Assembly (NCBI GenBank): GCA_963663275.1
Contig: OY760183.1
Coordinates: forward strand, 2,752,001-2,816,000
Direction: 5' to 3'
Source: Chloroflexota bacterium
GTDB lineage: Bacteria; Chloroflexota; UBA11872; VXOZ01
Length of the DNA: 64,000 bases
This document shows positions 9,833 through 19,697 of the stretch, piece by piece. Under the pieces are notes generated by a model. That model worked only from the letters and a program-made list of their open reading frames with translations, was not told the origin of the DNA and did not search any database. The position numbers were made by a program, and so were the translations under genes. Each line of letters opens with the position of its first letter. The stretch's first letter is position 1.

Positions 9833-10055
9833 AAGCCGGCACGCGCGGAGCGGCATTTGCCGCCTTACGCAGGTGGATTCAGTGGTTCCGGTCGTCCATC
9901 TTCTCCATACAATGCGACGGGCGGCCCCTGACACCGGCTGCTCTCTCCGCTATGCTAAGAGCAGGCCAGTGTGACCGCAACGCGGTTTGCGGCAGCGATT
10001 CCAAGGCCGTTCAACCACCACAAGAGAGTTCCGTTAGGGGAAAGGAATACCCACC

Positions 10056-11201
10056 GTGCGCATCACGGACGTGGAAACGTACGTTCTCGGCGACAACTGG
10101 CGCAACATCGTCTTTGCGCGGGTCATGACCGACGAAGGTCTCTACGGCATTGGCGAAGCGACGCTCCAGAATCGCGATGAAGCCGTCGTCGCATACCTGC
10201 AAGCCGCTAAAGGGCGGCACATCATCGGCAGCGACCCGTTCAACATCGAGGACCTCTGGCTGCGCATGTACCGCGATGACTTCTGGCGCGGCGGCCCGGT
10301 AGCCAACACGGCGCTGAGCGCCGTGGAAATCGCCTGCTGGGACATTGTGGGCAAGGCGCTGGGCGTGCCGGTATTTCGCCTGCTGGGCGGCCAGTGCCAC
10401 GAGCGGCTCAAGGCCTACGCCAACGGCTGGTACACCGGCGAGCGCACGCCCGAGGACTTTGCCCAACGCGCCAAGGGCGTCGTGGCCAAAGGATACCGCG
10501 CGCTGAAGGTAGACCCGTTCGGCGCGGGGACCTACGAGATGGAGCCGGCGGAGAAGCGCGTTTCCATCGCGCTGGTAGAAGCGGTCCGGGACGCGGTCGG
10601 TCCGGAGGTGGAAATCTTCATCGAGATGCACGGCAGATTCAGTCCGGCAACCGCAATCGAGATTGCCCGTGAACTCGAACCGTTCAACCCCGGCTGGGTG
10701 GAAGAGCCGGTGCCGCCGGAAGACCAGGACGCTCTGGAACGGGCGGCCCGCGACATTCACGTGCCCGTTGCCACCGGAGAGAGGCTCTTTACCCGATTCG
10801 AATACGCGCGGTTCTTCAAGAACAACGTCGTTGACATCATTCAGCCGGACATTATTCACGCCGGCGGCATCATGGAGCTTAAGAAGATTGCGGCCATGGC
10901 CGACGCCCACTACGTGACGGTCGCGCCCCATTGCTCCAACGGCCCGGCCTGCACCGCCGCCAGCGTGCACTTCGACTTCTGCACGACGAACGTGAAGATC
11001 CAGGAATGCTTCGACGACTTTGCGCCGGACTTCGTGCGCGCGGCGGTGCCCGGCTTTCCCAGAGTGAAAGACGGCTACTTTTCCCCACCGGAAGCGCCCG
11101 GCCTCGGCATCGACCTCGATCTCGACGTGATCGCGGAACATCCGTACCGCTTCGGCCACTTCAACCTCTTTGCCGACGATTGGCAGCGGCGCGCGTATTA
11201 G
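10056..11201 (+). CDS. Mandelate racemase/enolase superfamily dehydratase (galactonate dehydratase-like)
   Basis: GIGEAT, WDIVGKALGVP, YANGW, EEP and ATGER motifs. Confidence 0.88.
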   Translation: MRITDVETYVLGDNWRNIVFARVMTDEGLYGIGEATLQNRDEAVVAYLQAAKGRHIIGSDPFNIEDLWLRMYRDDFWRGGPVANTALSAVEIACWDIVGKALGVPVFRLLGGQCHERLKAYANGWYTGERTPEDFAQRAKGVVAKGYRALKVDPFGAGTYEMEPAEKRVSIALVEAVRDAVGPEVEIFIEMHGRFSPATAIEIARELEPFNPGWVEEPVPPEDQDALERAARDIHVPVATGERLFTRFEYARFFKNNVVDIIQPDIIHAGGIMELKKIAAMADAHYVTVAPHCSNGPACTAASVHFDFCTTNVKIQECFDDFAPDFVRAAVPGFPRVKDGYFSPPEAPGLGIDLDLDVIAEHPYRFGHFNLFADDWQRRAY

Positions 11202-11219
11202 CAGCCAGGAGAAACAGCA

Positions 11220-11427
11220 ATGCAGTACGCCGTCGTCATCGAGAATAACCGGCAACGGCTACTCGGCGTACGTGCCCGATTTGCCGGGCTGCGCCGCCGC
11301 CAGGGACAGGCAGGAGGATATAGACAGCCTGATCCGGGAAGCCGTCGCCTACCACGTTGCCATGCTCCGCGAACACGGCGACCCGGTGCCGGAACCGCAG
11401 GCCACGACGGGGCTGGTAGAGGTGTAG
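11220..11427 (+). pseudogene. HicB-family antitoxin, frameshifted
   Basis: MQYAVVIE in one frame continues as TGNGYSAYVPDLPGC..HGDPVPEP in another; one extra base near 11244-11247. Confidence 0.75.
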
Positions 11428-11495
11428 CCGCTGCCTCTCGTCCCGGCGAACCATGCGCTTGAGGCTGAAAGCTGCCTGACGGCAGAGAACCTGGT

Positions 11496-11918
11496 ATGAA
11501 AATCAATACGGAATTCCTTACCCGCTGCATCCAAACACTGGATACCGCGTATGCCCAATTGCAGCGGCAAGAAGCGGGCAGCACGATGTACGACATCCTG
11601 CGCGCCGCGTGCGTTAAGGAGTTCGAACTGGTCCTGGAGCAAAGCGGCAGTCTGCTGGCCAAACGGTTGCGGCCCTACTTCGCCAGCAACCGGCAGGCCG
11701 ATCACCTGACCTTCAAAGACCGCTTTCGCCACGCCGCGAAGCACGGCCTGCTCTCCGTCGAGAGTTGTGAACGCTGGCTCGCCTATCGAGACGCCGGCAA
11801 CGACACGGCGCACCGCTACGGCGCGGGCTTTGCCGATGTGACTCTCAAGCTGCTGCCGGCCTTCATTGCGGACGCCGCAGAACTGGCGAAAGTCATCGCG
11901 GAGGAGATCGATGAGTGA
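11496..11918 (+). CDS. HEPN nucleotidyltransferase substrate-binding protein (HI0074-like)
   Basis: RAACVKEFELVLE and W..YRDAGNDTAHRY; adjacent to an MNT gene. Confidence 0.82.
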   Translation: MKINTEFLTRCIQTLDTAYAQLQRQEAGSTMYDILRAACVKEFELVLEQSGSLLAKRLRPYFASNRQADHLTFKDRFRHAAKHGLLSVESCERWLAYRDAGNDTAHRYGAGFADVTLKLLPAFIADAAELAKVIAEEIDE

Positions 11919-12243
11919 TCGGCTGGACCTGCCCTGCCGCTACCGCCGGCAGCTTGAAGCCCTGCTGCGCGTCTGCCTGCCCGGGGTAGAGGCGTGGGCC
12001 TACGGCAGCCGCGTAAACGGGGAATGCCACCCGGGCAGCGACCTGGACCTGGCCTTGCGCGCGCCGGGCCTGGAACCCATACCGGAGGCCATGCTCCGCG
12101 GCTTCAGCGCGGCCTTGGAACAGTCGAATATCCCCATCCTGGTCCAGGCCCACGACTGGGCGCGCCTGCCGGAAAGCTTTCACCGCGAAATCGAACGCAA
12201 CTACGTGGCCCTCAACGTGGCTGACAGCGAAGCCGAAGACTGA
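11911..12243 (+). CDS. Minimal nucleotidyltransferase (MNT antitoxin)
   Basis: YGSRVNGECHPGSDLDL = GS-X10-DXD; overlaps the HEPN stop codon. Confidence 0.85.
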   Translation: MSDRLDLPCRYRRQLEALLRVCLPGVEAWAYGSRVNGECHPGSDLDLALRAPGLEPIPEAMLRGFSAALEQSNIPILVQAHDWARLPESFHREIERNYVALNVADSEAED

Positions 12244-12410
12244 ACAGGCGGCGCGTCTCACCGCCGCGGCGAAGACAAAATTGCACGGATCCGGGCTTTC
12301 CGTTCGACGCCGGCGCCGTGTCCAACACGGTGAGATTTCCAGAGGGCTGTTAGAATGGCTGGGAGCGGCGCTGCGATAGCGTATGTCACGACGCATTGGA
12401 GAGAGTCCCC

Positions 12411-13583
12411 ATGGCCTACGACCTGATTCTGCGCAACGGCGACATCATCGATCCCGGCGAGAGCCGGCGCTTCACCGGCGACGTCGGCATAACCGGCGGC
12501 AAGATCGCCGCCATCTGCGAGGGTACGCTTGCGGATAGCGGCGCGCGGGAAATAGACGTTGCGGGACAGCTAGTCACGCCCGGTCTCGTGGACCTGCACG
12601 GGCACTGCTACTGGGGCGTAGGCGGCGTCGGCCTCGACCCGGACCTGGTCGGCGCGCGGCACGGCGTGACCACCTGGATCGACCCCGGCAGCAGCGGCGC
12701 GGCCACGTTTCCGGCGTTCAAGCGCTTCATCATCGAGCCGTCCCAGGTGCGCGTCATACCCCTGCTCAATCTCAGCGCCAAGGGCCTGGTGCACTCCCAG
12801 GGGTTTGGCGAACTCAACGACATTCGCTACATCGATTCCGACCTCAGCGCCGCCATGCTGGAACTCCATCGCGGCCTCATTGCCGGCATCAAGGTTCGTT
12901 CCGGCCGTTCCAGCACCGGGCAGATGGGCATGACCCCGCTGTGGATTGGGCGCGAACTCTGCGACCAGTTTTCGATCCCGCTCATGGTGCACATCTCCAA
13001 CGTCGCGCCCACCTTGCAGGAGTTGCTGCCGATGCTGCGCAAGGGCGACATCGTGACCCACTGCTTCCACGGCAAGATGGGCGGCGTCCTGATGCGCGGC
13101 CGGGTGCGGGACGAGGCCTGGGCGGCCCGGGAGCGCGGCGTGCTCTTCGACATCGGCCACGGCAACAGCAGTTTCTCCTTTCCGGTCACCGCCGCGGCCA
13201 TGGAACAGGGCTTTCCGCCCGACTCCATCAGCACCGACCTGCACCAGGTCAGCATCCGCAGCACGGCCAAGAGCTTTCCCCACGTCATGTCCAAGTTTCT
13301 GGCTCTCGGCATGGACCTCGAAACCGTGGTGCGACTCAGCACGCTCATTCCCGCGCAAGCCATGGGGCATGAAGACGTCTGCGGGCAATTGCGTGTCGGC
13401 GCGCCGGCGGACATCGCGGTCTTCCGCGTTCACACCGGCGACTACACCTTCGACGATCCCCAGGGCGTGGAGCGCGACGGCACGCAGGAGTTGGAGAACA
13501 CGCATACGATTGCCGGCGGCGTGCTCCTCGACCGGAGCCGGGACCCGCTGGCGGACAAGCCGTTTCCCATGGCTACCATCTAG
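12411..13583 (+). CDS. Amidohydrolase/deacetylase (dihydroorotase-like) metallohydrolase
   Basis: PGLVDLHGH, MVHI, THCF, DIGHG and ISTDLH motifs. Confidence 0.85.
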   Translation: MAYDLILRNGDIIDPGESRRFTGDVGITGGKIAAICEGTLADSGAREIDVAGQLVTPGLVDLHGHCYWGVGGVGLDPDLVGARHGVTTWIDPGSSGAATFPAFKRFIIEPSQVRVIPLLNLSAKGLVHSQGFGELNDIRYIDSDLSAAMLELHRGLIAGIKVRSGRSSTGQMGMTPLWIGRELCDQFSIPLMVHISNVAPTLQELLPMLRKGDIVTHCFHGKMGGVLMRGRVRDEAWAARERGVLFDIGHGNSSFSFPVTAAAMEQGFPPDSISTDLHQVSIRSTAKSFPHVMSKFLALGMDLETVVRLSTLIPAQAMGHEDVCGQLRVGAPADIAVFRVHTGDYTFDDPQGVERDGTQELENTHTIAGGVLLDRSRDPLADKPFPMATI

Positions 13584-13643
13584 CGGGCAGACGTGCCCCC
13601 GGATCGCTAGTAGCGCAACGAGCACCTTGGATTAGACGAGAAA

Positions 13644-15164
13644 ATGCGTCTCCGATTCCTCCACGCCGCCGACCTGCATCTTGGCTACCAGCAATACGGC
13701 CTGGTGCAGCGTTACGACGACTTCACCGACGCCTTCCGGTGGGTGGTAGATACCGCGCTGGCGGAACGGGTTGACTTCCTCCTGATTGCCGGGGATCTCT
13801 TCGAAAAGCGCACTCTCGACCCGCGCACGCTGCTCATCGCCGTTACTGAATTCAAGCGACTGCAAGCGGCAGACATCCCGGTTGTCGCCATCGAGGGCAA
13901 TCACGAGCGCGCCTACGGCGACAGTCTCTCCTGGCTGGAGTACCTGAACCACAGCGGTCTGCTCTACCTGCTCGATTGCGCGCCCGGCGACCATGGCTGG
14001 CTGCCCCAACCCTGGGACGAGGCGGAGCGCGCCGGCGGCTACGTGGACCTGGCCGGCGCGCGCATCTACGGCCTCAAGTATCGCGGGGCGCAGACCGGCG
14101 CCGCGCTTCACGAAATCGGTACCGCCATCGCCGCCGCGCCGGCCGCCGCGGACTTTGCTATCTTGATGTCGCATACCTCTGTTGAAGGCTATTTCGACTT
14201 AGGGCATCCGTTCGCGCGCCTGAACGAACTGAGCGCGCTGCGACCGCGCATTGATTATCTCGCGCTCGGCCACGTCCATACTCCCTACAGCGGCGCGCTG
14301 GGCGGCAGGGAGTGGCTCTTCAATCCGGGGTGCCCGGAGACGTGGAGCAGCACAGAGTGGCAATACCAGGACAAAGGCGCCTACCTCGTGGAAGTAGACA
14401 CCGACCGGACACCGGCGTTCCAGGCTACGATGCGCAACTACCCGCGCCGCCGCCCTTTCATTCACATCCGGCAGGAAATGGACGCCTGCCCCTCTCCCGG
14501 CGCGCTCGCGCAACTGCTCGCGGAGAAGATCGACCGTGAGCCGGAACCGGCCGCGGTCGCGGAATCCCTGGCGGTGGAAGAAGGGGCACGCGCGGCGGGC
14601 GGCAGCGCTTCCCACGCGCCCAAAGCCCCGGTGGTTGAAGTCCTGCTCACCGGCATAGCCCGCTTCTCGCGCACGGAAATCGACACCGGGGCCATCGAGC
14701 AACTGGTGCGGCGGCGCTTCGACCCGCTGCTCGTGCGCGTACGCTCGTCGCTCCAGGAAGCGCCCGCGAGCCTGGTGGAAGGCGGGGACACGCTCGACCG
14801 GCACGTGCTGGAACGCCTGGTATTCGAGAACCTGATCCGGGCCGACGATCGCTTTGCCGCGACGGCGGCGGACGCGGCCCAGATCGCGATCGCCCTCAAG
14901 CAGATGACGCTCGACGGCGTGGCGGCTCACGAAATCGCGGAAGAGGTGACGAGCCGCCTGCGCGCCCAGGGGCAAACGGCGCGGGACGACGGGAGCCAAC
15001 CCGCCACGGCAAGCGCCGCCGACGCTCTGCCGAGCGCGGCAGTCCCAGGCGCGCCGCGCGGCGAGAGCGGCAGAGACGATGAGCAACTCCCGCTGCACGC
15101 GCCGCAAGAGTGGCCTGCCGCCTCAGACCTGGCGCCTGCGGAAGACGAAAAGAAGCCGGACTAA
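13644..15164 (+). CDS. mre11: Mre11/SbcD DNA repair exonuclease
   Basis: ADLHLG, AGDLF, GNHE, ALGHVH and NPG metallophosphoesterase motifs; directly upstream of an SMC gene. Confidence 0.9.
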   Translation: MRLRFLHAADLHLGYQQYGLVQRYDDFTDAFRWVVDTALAERVDFLLIAGDLFEKRTLDPRTLLIAVTEFKRLQAADIPVVAIEGNHERAYGDSLSWLEYLNHSGLLYLLDCAPGDHGWLPQPWDEAERAGGYVDLAGARIYGLKYRGAQTGAALHEIGTAIAAAPAAADFAILMSHTSVEGYFDLGHPFARLNELSALRPRIDYLALGHVHTPYSGALGGREWLFNPGCPETWSSTEWQYQDKGAYLVEVDTDRTPAFQATMRNYPRRRPFIHIRQEMDACPSPGALAQLLAEKIDREPEPAAVAESLAVEEGARAAGGSASHAPKAPVVEVLLTGIARFSRTEIDTGAIEQLVRRRFDPLLVRVRSSLQEAPASLVEGGDTLDRHVLERLVFENLIRADDRFAATAADAAQIAIALKQMTLDGVAAHEIAEEVTSRLRAQGQTARDDGSQPATASAADALPSAAVPGAPRGESGRDDEQLPLHAPQEWPAASDLAPAEDEKKPD

Positions 15165-15170
15165 CACCCG

Positions 15171-18086
15171 ATGCGCATCACCGCGGTCTCTCTCAAGAAC
15201 GTTAAGAGCTACCAGGAAGCGACCGTTCCCTTCCCACCGGGCACGGTTGCCATCTCCGGGCCGAACGGCGCCGGCAAGAGCACCATCCTGGAGGCGATCG
15301 GCTTCGCGCTCTTCGATTTCCTGCCCTATCGCAACCAGCGGGAGTTCATGCGCCACAATGCCACCGAGGCGGACGTGCGCGTGACCTTCCTTTCGCGTCT
15401 CGATGAGTGCGAGTATCAAGCGGTGCGCACCCTCAAGCGCGCCACCGGCAGCGCGGACACCGTCACGTCGTCCTACTTCGTCTACAGCTTCGATACCCAC
15501 GAGCAGGTGGCGCGGCAAAAGGAGGAGGTGCAGGCGTTCCTGCGCCGCCACGTCGGTCTGGACGACTACGACGACCTGGCCCGCGTCTTTGCCGACGTGC
15601 TGGGCGTGCCCCAGGGACGCTTGACCGCGGACTTCCTGCTCACCCCCGCGCAGCGGAAACAGACCTTCGATCCCCTGCTGCGGGTGGACGCCTACCGCCG
15701 GGTCTTCGCAAAGCTGCGGGACGTGCTGGACGCGCTGCAAGGCAAGGTGGCGGAACACGAGCGGCAGGTTTCCGGGCTGGAACCCCAGGCCGCGCGCCTG
15801 CCGGACGCGCTGTCGGCGCTGGCTCAGCATAAAGCGGAATACGCCGAGGCGGCGGCGCAATCGAGCGCCCTGTCCGCGGACCTGAAGCGCCTCCAAGCGG
15901 ACTTGAGCAACCTGGAAACGCAGCGCCGCGCGCTGGAGCAACAACGTGGAATTGCAAAGCAACTGACCCAACAGCAGGAAAACCTGCAAAAGCGCCTGGA
16001 AACCGAGCGCGCGCAGGTCGCAGCGGCACGGCAGGCGGCGGCGCGCACACACAGCGCCAAAGCCGGCTACGCCGCCTACCGCGAGGCGCAAGACACACTG
16101 GCAACGCTTGAAGGAGAGCGCAAAGACGCCGACGCTCTCCGCGCGACCGAGCGGACCTTGGAAAACAAACTCGTGGCGCTGGAGACTCAGCGAGCGGCGC
16201 TCAGAAAAGGCGTGGAGGAAGCAAGCCAGGCGGCGGCGCGCATAGCGGCCCTCGCGCCGGACGTCGCGCGGCAGGAGGAGTTGGAGGCGCGGGCGCGCGA
16301 ATTCGGCCAAGACCTGGGCTTCGCGCGGCAACTTGGCCGCCAGATAAACCAGGCGTTGCGGCGGCTCACCGCCAGCGCGCCGGACGAGCGGCTGGCGTTT
16401 GCGGAAGGCCCCCTGCCGGTGGAAACGGACAAGGATGCCGCGCGCGCCCGGGCAAAACTCGCGGAACAGTACGAGCGTTTGCAGGAAGTCGCGCCGTGGC
16501 TCCAGCAGCGCGACGGGTGCCGCCGCCAACTCCGGCAATCGCGTCCGGAACGCGAGCAAGTCGCCCAGGCGGTGGCGCGCTGCCGTACCTTCCTGGAAGC
16601 CGCCGCGCGCCTGCCTGACCTTGAAACGGAATTGCAGTCTGTGCAGGAGAAGATAGGCGCGTACCAAGCGCAGCGGCGCTTCAACGAGCATTCAAGGAGT
16701 ATGGCCGCGGACGGGCTCTGTCCCTTCTTCCAAGACCAGTGCCCCAAGGTGGACGACGGCCACAGCCTCATTCCCGTCATTGCCACCCTCATACGCGACT
16801 ACGCGGATCATGCCGCGCAGGCGCTAACGGCAAGAAAGAAACTGGCAAGCGAGGTTGCCAAGGCGCGCGCGGCGCAACAGGAAGCAAACCGCCTCACCGA
16901 CCTGGAACCGCGCTTGCGGCAACTCGACGACGAGATGCTGGCGCTCACGCGACAAGAGCGAGACCTGACCCAGCGCATCGATGCGCGCCTGCGGGAGATT
17001 TGGCGACCTGAAGCGATTGCCGAAACGCTTTCTTTGCTGGAGGGCGAGGAAGAGTCGCTGGCGCAACAGCTCAAGCGATTGGGCAATCCCCGCCAGGAAG
17101 TCGAACGACTGCACGGAGCGGCCGGCGAGCATAAAGCGCGCACACAGGCGCTGGACGCGGTTTCCACAGAACATGAGCGCGTCGCCAAAGAGTTGGCACA
17201 CGTCGCCGCGCGCCTCGAACCGTACGCCGACCTCGGCAATCGCCTCACCGCGCAGCGCACGCTCATCGAAACACACCGGCACGCTCACGACACCTACTTG
17301 CGCTACCAGGAAACCGCCGCCGATCTGCCGCGCCGTGAAGAAGCCGAGAGGGTCCTGGCAAGCGATGTGGAAGAGAACGAGCGCGCGCTCCGCGAATCCG
17401 CGCAGACGCTTGCAGCGAGCGAGTCCGCCTGGGATCCGGCCGCGCTCGCCGGCGCGCAAGCCGGCGTGAACCGTACGCAAGGCCGGTTGGGCGCGGCAAA
17501 CGAACGCTCCCGCTTTCTCAGCGAGCGGATTGCGGCCGCCAGGCGGGAAATTGCCGAATTGGAAGAGGCGGCGCGGGCGCTGGAGGAGGCCCGGATCGCG
17601 CTGGCCGAGGCGCGGGAGGTGCGCGCGGTGACGGGCTTCCTGCGCGACGTCATCCGCGACGCCGGGCCCCACGTCGCCCGCCACCTGATCCAGCAAGTCT
17701 CGGCGGAGGCCAACACGCTCTTCAGCGAGATCATGGGCGACGCCAGCGCGGAACTCTCGCTCACGGAGGACTACGACATTCTGCTGGAGCAGCACGGCCA
17801 CCGGCGCGGCTTCATGCAGTTGTCCGGCGGCGAGCAGATGAGCGCGGCGCTGGCTGTGCGCCTGGGCCTGCTGCGCCAACTCTCCGACCTGGACATTGCC
17901 TTCTTCGACGAACCGACCCAGAACATGGACGTCGAACGCCGCCACAATCTTGCCGAACAGCTTGAACGAGTAACGGGCTTCCACCAACTCTTCGTCATCA
18001 GCCACGACGATACGTTCGAACCGCTGGTCTCCACGGTGCTGCGCGTGCGCAAGGAGAACGGCGTGAGCACGGTGGAGCAGTTATAG
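15171..18086 (+). CDS. rad50: Rad50/SbcC SMC-family ATPase
   Basis: Walker A GPNGAGKS, long coiled coil, central Cys pair, LSGGE, FFDEPT and ISHD. Confidence 0.92.
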   Translation: MRITAVSLKNVKSYQEATVPFPPGTVAISGPNGAGKSTILEAIGFALFDFLPYRNQREFMRHNATEADVRVTFLSRLDECEYQAVRTLKRATGSADTVTSSYFVYSFDTHEQVARQKEEVQAFLRRHVGLDDYDDLARVFADVLGVPQGRLTADFLLTPAQRKQTFDPLLRVDAYRRVFAKLRDVLDALQGKVAEHERQVSGLEPQAARLPDALSALAQHKAEYAEAAAQSSALSADLKRLQADLSNLETQRRALEQQRGIAKQLTQQQENLQKRLETERAQVAAARQAAARTHSAKAGYAAYREAQDTLATLEGERKDADALRATERTLENKLVALETQRAALRKGVEEASQAAARIAALAPDVARQEELEARAREFGQDLGFARQLGRQINQALRRLTASAPDERLAFAEGPLPVETDKDAARARAKLAEQYERLQEVAPWLQQRDGCRRQLRQSRPEREQVAQAVARCRTFLEAAARLPDLETELQSVQEKIGAYQAQRRFNEHSRSMAADGLCPFFQDQCPKVDDGHSLIPVIATLIRDYADHAAQALTARKKLASEVAKARAAQQEANRLTDLEPRLRQLDDEMLALTRQERDLTQRIDARLREIWRPEAIAETLSLLEGEEESLAQQLKRLGNPRQEVERLHGAAGEHKARTQALDAVSTEHERVAKELAHVAARLEPYADLGNRLTAQRTLIETHRHAHDTYLRYQETAADLPRREEAERVLASDVEENERALRESAQTLAASESAWDPAALAGAQAGVNRTQGRLGAANERSRFLSERIAAARREIAELEEAARALEEARIALAEAREVRAVTGFLRDVIRDAGPHVARHLIQQVSAEANTLFSEIMGDASAELSLTEDYDILLEQHGHRRGFMQLSGGEQMSAALAVRLGLLRQLSDLDIAFFDEPTQNMDVERRHNLAEQLERVTGFHQLFVISHDDTFEPLVSTVLRVRKENGVSTVEQL

Positions 18087-18112
18087 CAATGAGAACGCGC
18101 CTGCCGCGCCAG

Positions 18113-18442
18113 ACGTAGCGCGGGGTCTCGTCCAAATTACCGTGTGATTGTCGTAGCGCGGGGGCTTGTCCCCCGCAGTCTTCACCGGCGTAGCGCGGGT
18201 GGCTTGTCCCTAATGTTGTCGCATTAGACGCAATGAGAATGAAAACTACGCTCTTTTCTCCGGTAGCGCAGGTTCGCACGAGACGTGCGCATAACCTGCG
18301 TCTTCCGCAGGGTCAATCCACTCCCTTCTCACGTTACTTGCTCCGGCGGGGGACAAGCCCCCGCGCTACGTTAATGCGATATCATTGGGGCTCGTCCCCC
18401 GCCCGCACATCCGGCGCAGGTTACAAACCTGCGCTACCGGAA
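18113..18442. repeat. GTAG-REP cluster containing an IS4-like MITE (18211-18387)
   Basis: Several GTAGCGCGGGGGCTTGTCCCCCGC and GTAGCGCAGG..CCTGCG units; MITE ends TAATGTTGTCGCATTA and TTAATGCGATATCATTG. Confidence 0.75.
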
Positions 18443-18488
18443 AGTTGAAAGACACTAATATCCTTGCTTATGGAATGCGAATACTGCC

Positions 18489-19688
18489 GTGTTCTACCGT
18501 GACAAGACACTAGAGGCGCTCAACGCCAAGCGCGCCACACTTACAGAGTTGGACGCCGAGCAGCGTCTCCGCCTGCGGGAGTTGTATGCCGCCCGCGATG
18601 CCCTCTCCAGCATGACCGCCGACGAACTCTGCGAACGGCTCGCGCCGGTAAAGGCCCCCGGCGCGCGTCCCACCGCCGAATTCGACCGCGCGCCGGGGCT
18701 GCGCATCGCATTCTCGGAGTCTTGGGATAACCTGGCCGCCATGCGCCGCTGGGCCGCGGACACACTCGCCAACGTCACCACCTGCGCCGTGGACGGCAGC
18801 CAGTTGCCGGCCACCAAGGACTTTCCGCTGCCGGTAGCCGCCGTGCAAGTCGCGTGGTTCACCAACCGCCACGCGGCGAACGGCGAATATGAGAAGAACG
18901 CCCACGTCGAGGTGCTGACGCCGCGGGAACTTGGTGACGACGAGAGCGACGCCAACATGTGGGTCAACCTCCATCGGTATGAGCTTGAGGTAGCCCGCAT
19001 CAAGACCTTCATGCGGGAACAGCAGCGCCTGGACAAACGCGCGGTTGCGCTCTTCGACGGCTCGCTCACGGTCTCGTTCGCCGGCCCTCTTCCCGATGAC
19101 GCGCGCAATCGCTATCGCGCCGCCGCCGTGAGCATGCTGCGCGTATCCGAGGAGTGCGAGATTCCGCTCGTCGCTTACATCGATCGGTCCCGCGCCCGCG
19201 ACTTTACGCGCATGTTGTGCTATGTCCACGGCGCCAGTCTCACCGACGCCGCGCTCATCAGCGATGCCGCGCTCCTGGATACGCCCCACGCGGACATGCC
19301 GTTTTGGAGACTGCCCGCGTTCCTGTGCCAGCGGCAAGACGTGGTGCAAGACGACAACTACACGGACGCCGAAACAGACAGGAACTTCGCCAATGAAATC
19401 TGCTTTACGTATCTCAAGATCAACAACGGCCCGCCGGCGAGGCTGGAGTTCCCGGCCTGGCTACTGCGCGCCGGTGCGCTCGACCGCGTGGTAGACTGGG
19501 TACGCGCCGAGGCCATCGCCGGCGGCGGCTACCCGTACGCGATTCAGGCAGCGGACGCAGCGGCGGTGATTACCTTCGAGGACCGGCAGCGGTACCTGCG
19601 CGCGCTGGAAGAGTTCGGACGGCGCCACGACATTCGCACCATGCAGGCGTCGTCGAAGCAGGCGAGCAAAGAACGGCGGCGGGCGTAA
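18489..19688 (+). CDS. nurA: NurA 5'-3' nuclease
   Basis: AVDGSQ, LFDGSL, RLEFP and GYPYAIQAAD motifs; genomic context. Confidence 0.87.
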   Translation: MFYRDKTLEALNAKRATLTELDAEQRLRLRELYAARDALSSMTADELCERLAPVKAPGARPTAEFDRAPGLRIAFSESWDNLAAMRRWAADTLANVTTCAVDGSQLPATKDFPLPVAAVQVAWFTNRHAANGEYEKNAHVEVLTPRELGDDESDANMWVNLHRYELEVARIKTFMREQQRLDKRAVALFDGSLTVSFAGPLPDDARNRYRAAAVSMLRVSEECEIPLVAYIDRSRARDFTRMLCYVHGASLTDAALISDAALLDTPHADMPFWRLPAFLCQRQDVVQDDNYTDAETDRNFANEICFTYLKINNGPPARLEFPAWLLRAGALDRVVDWVRAEAIAGGGYPYAIQAADAAAVITFEDRQRYLRALEEFGRRHDIRTMQASSKQASKERRRA

Positions 19689-19697
19689 AGGGCAAGA

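Noticed and set aside
9764-10055. SAM or cobalamin riboswitch, or sigma54 promoter, upstream of metE
   Set aside because: No riboswitch core recognisable; TGGCAC lacks the TTGC -12 element
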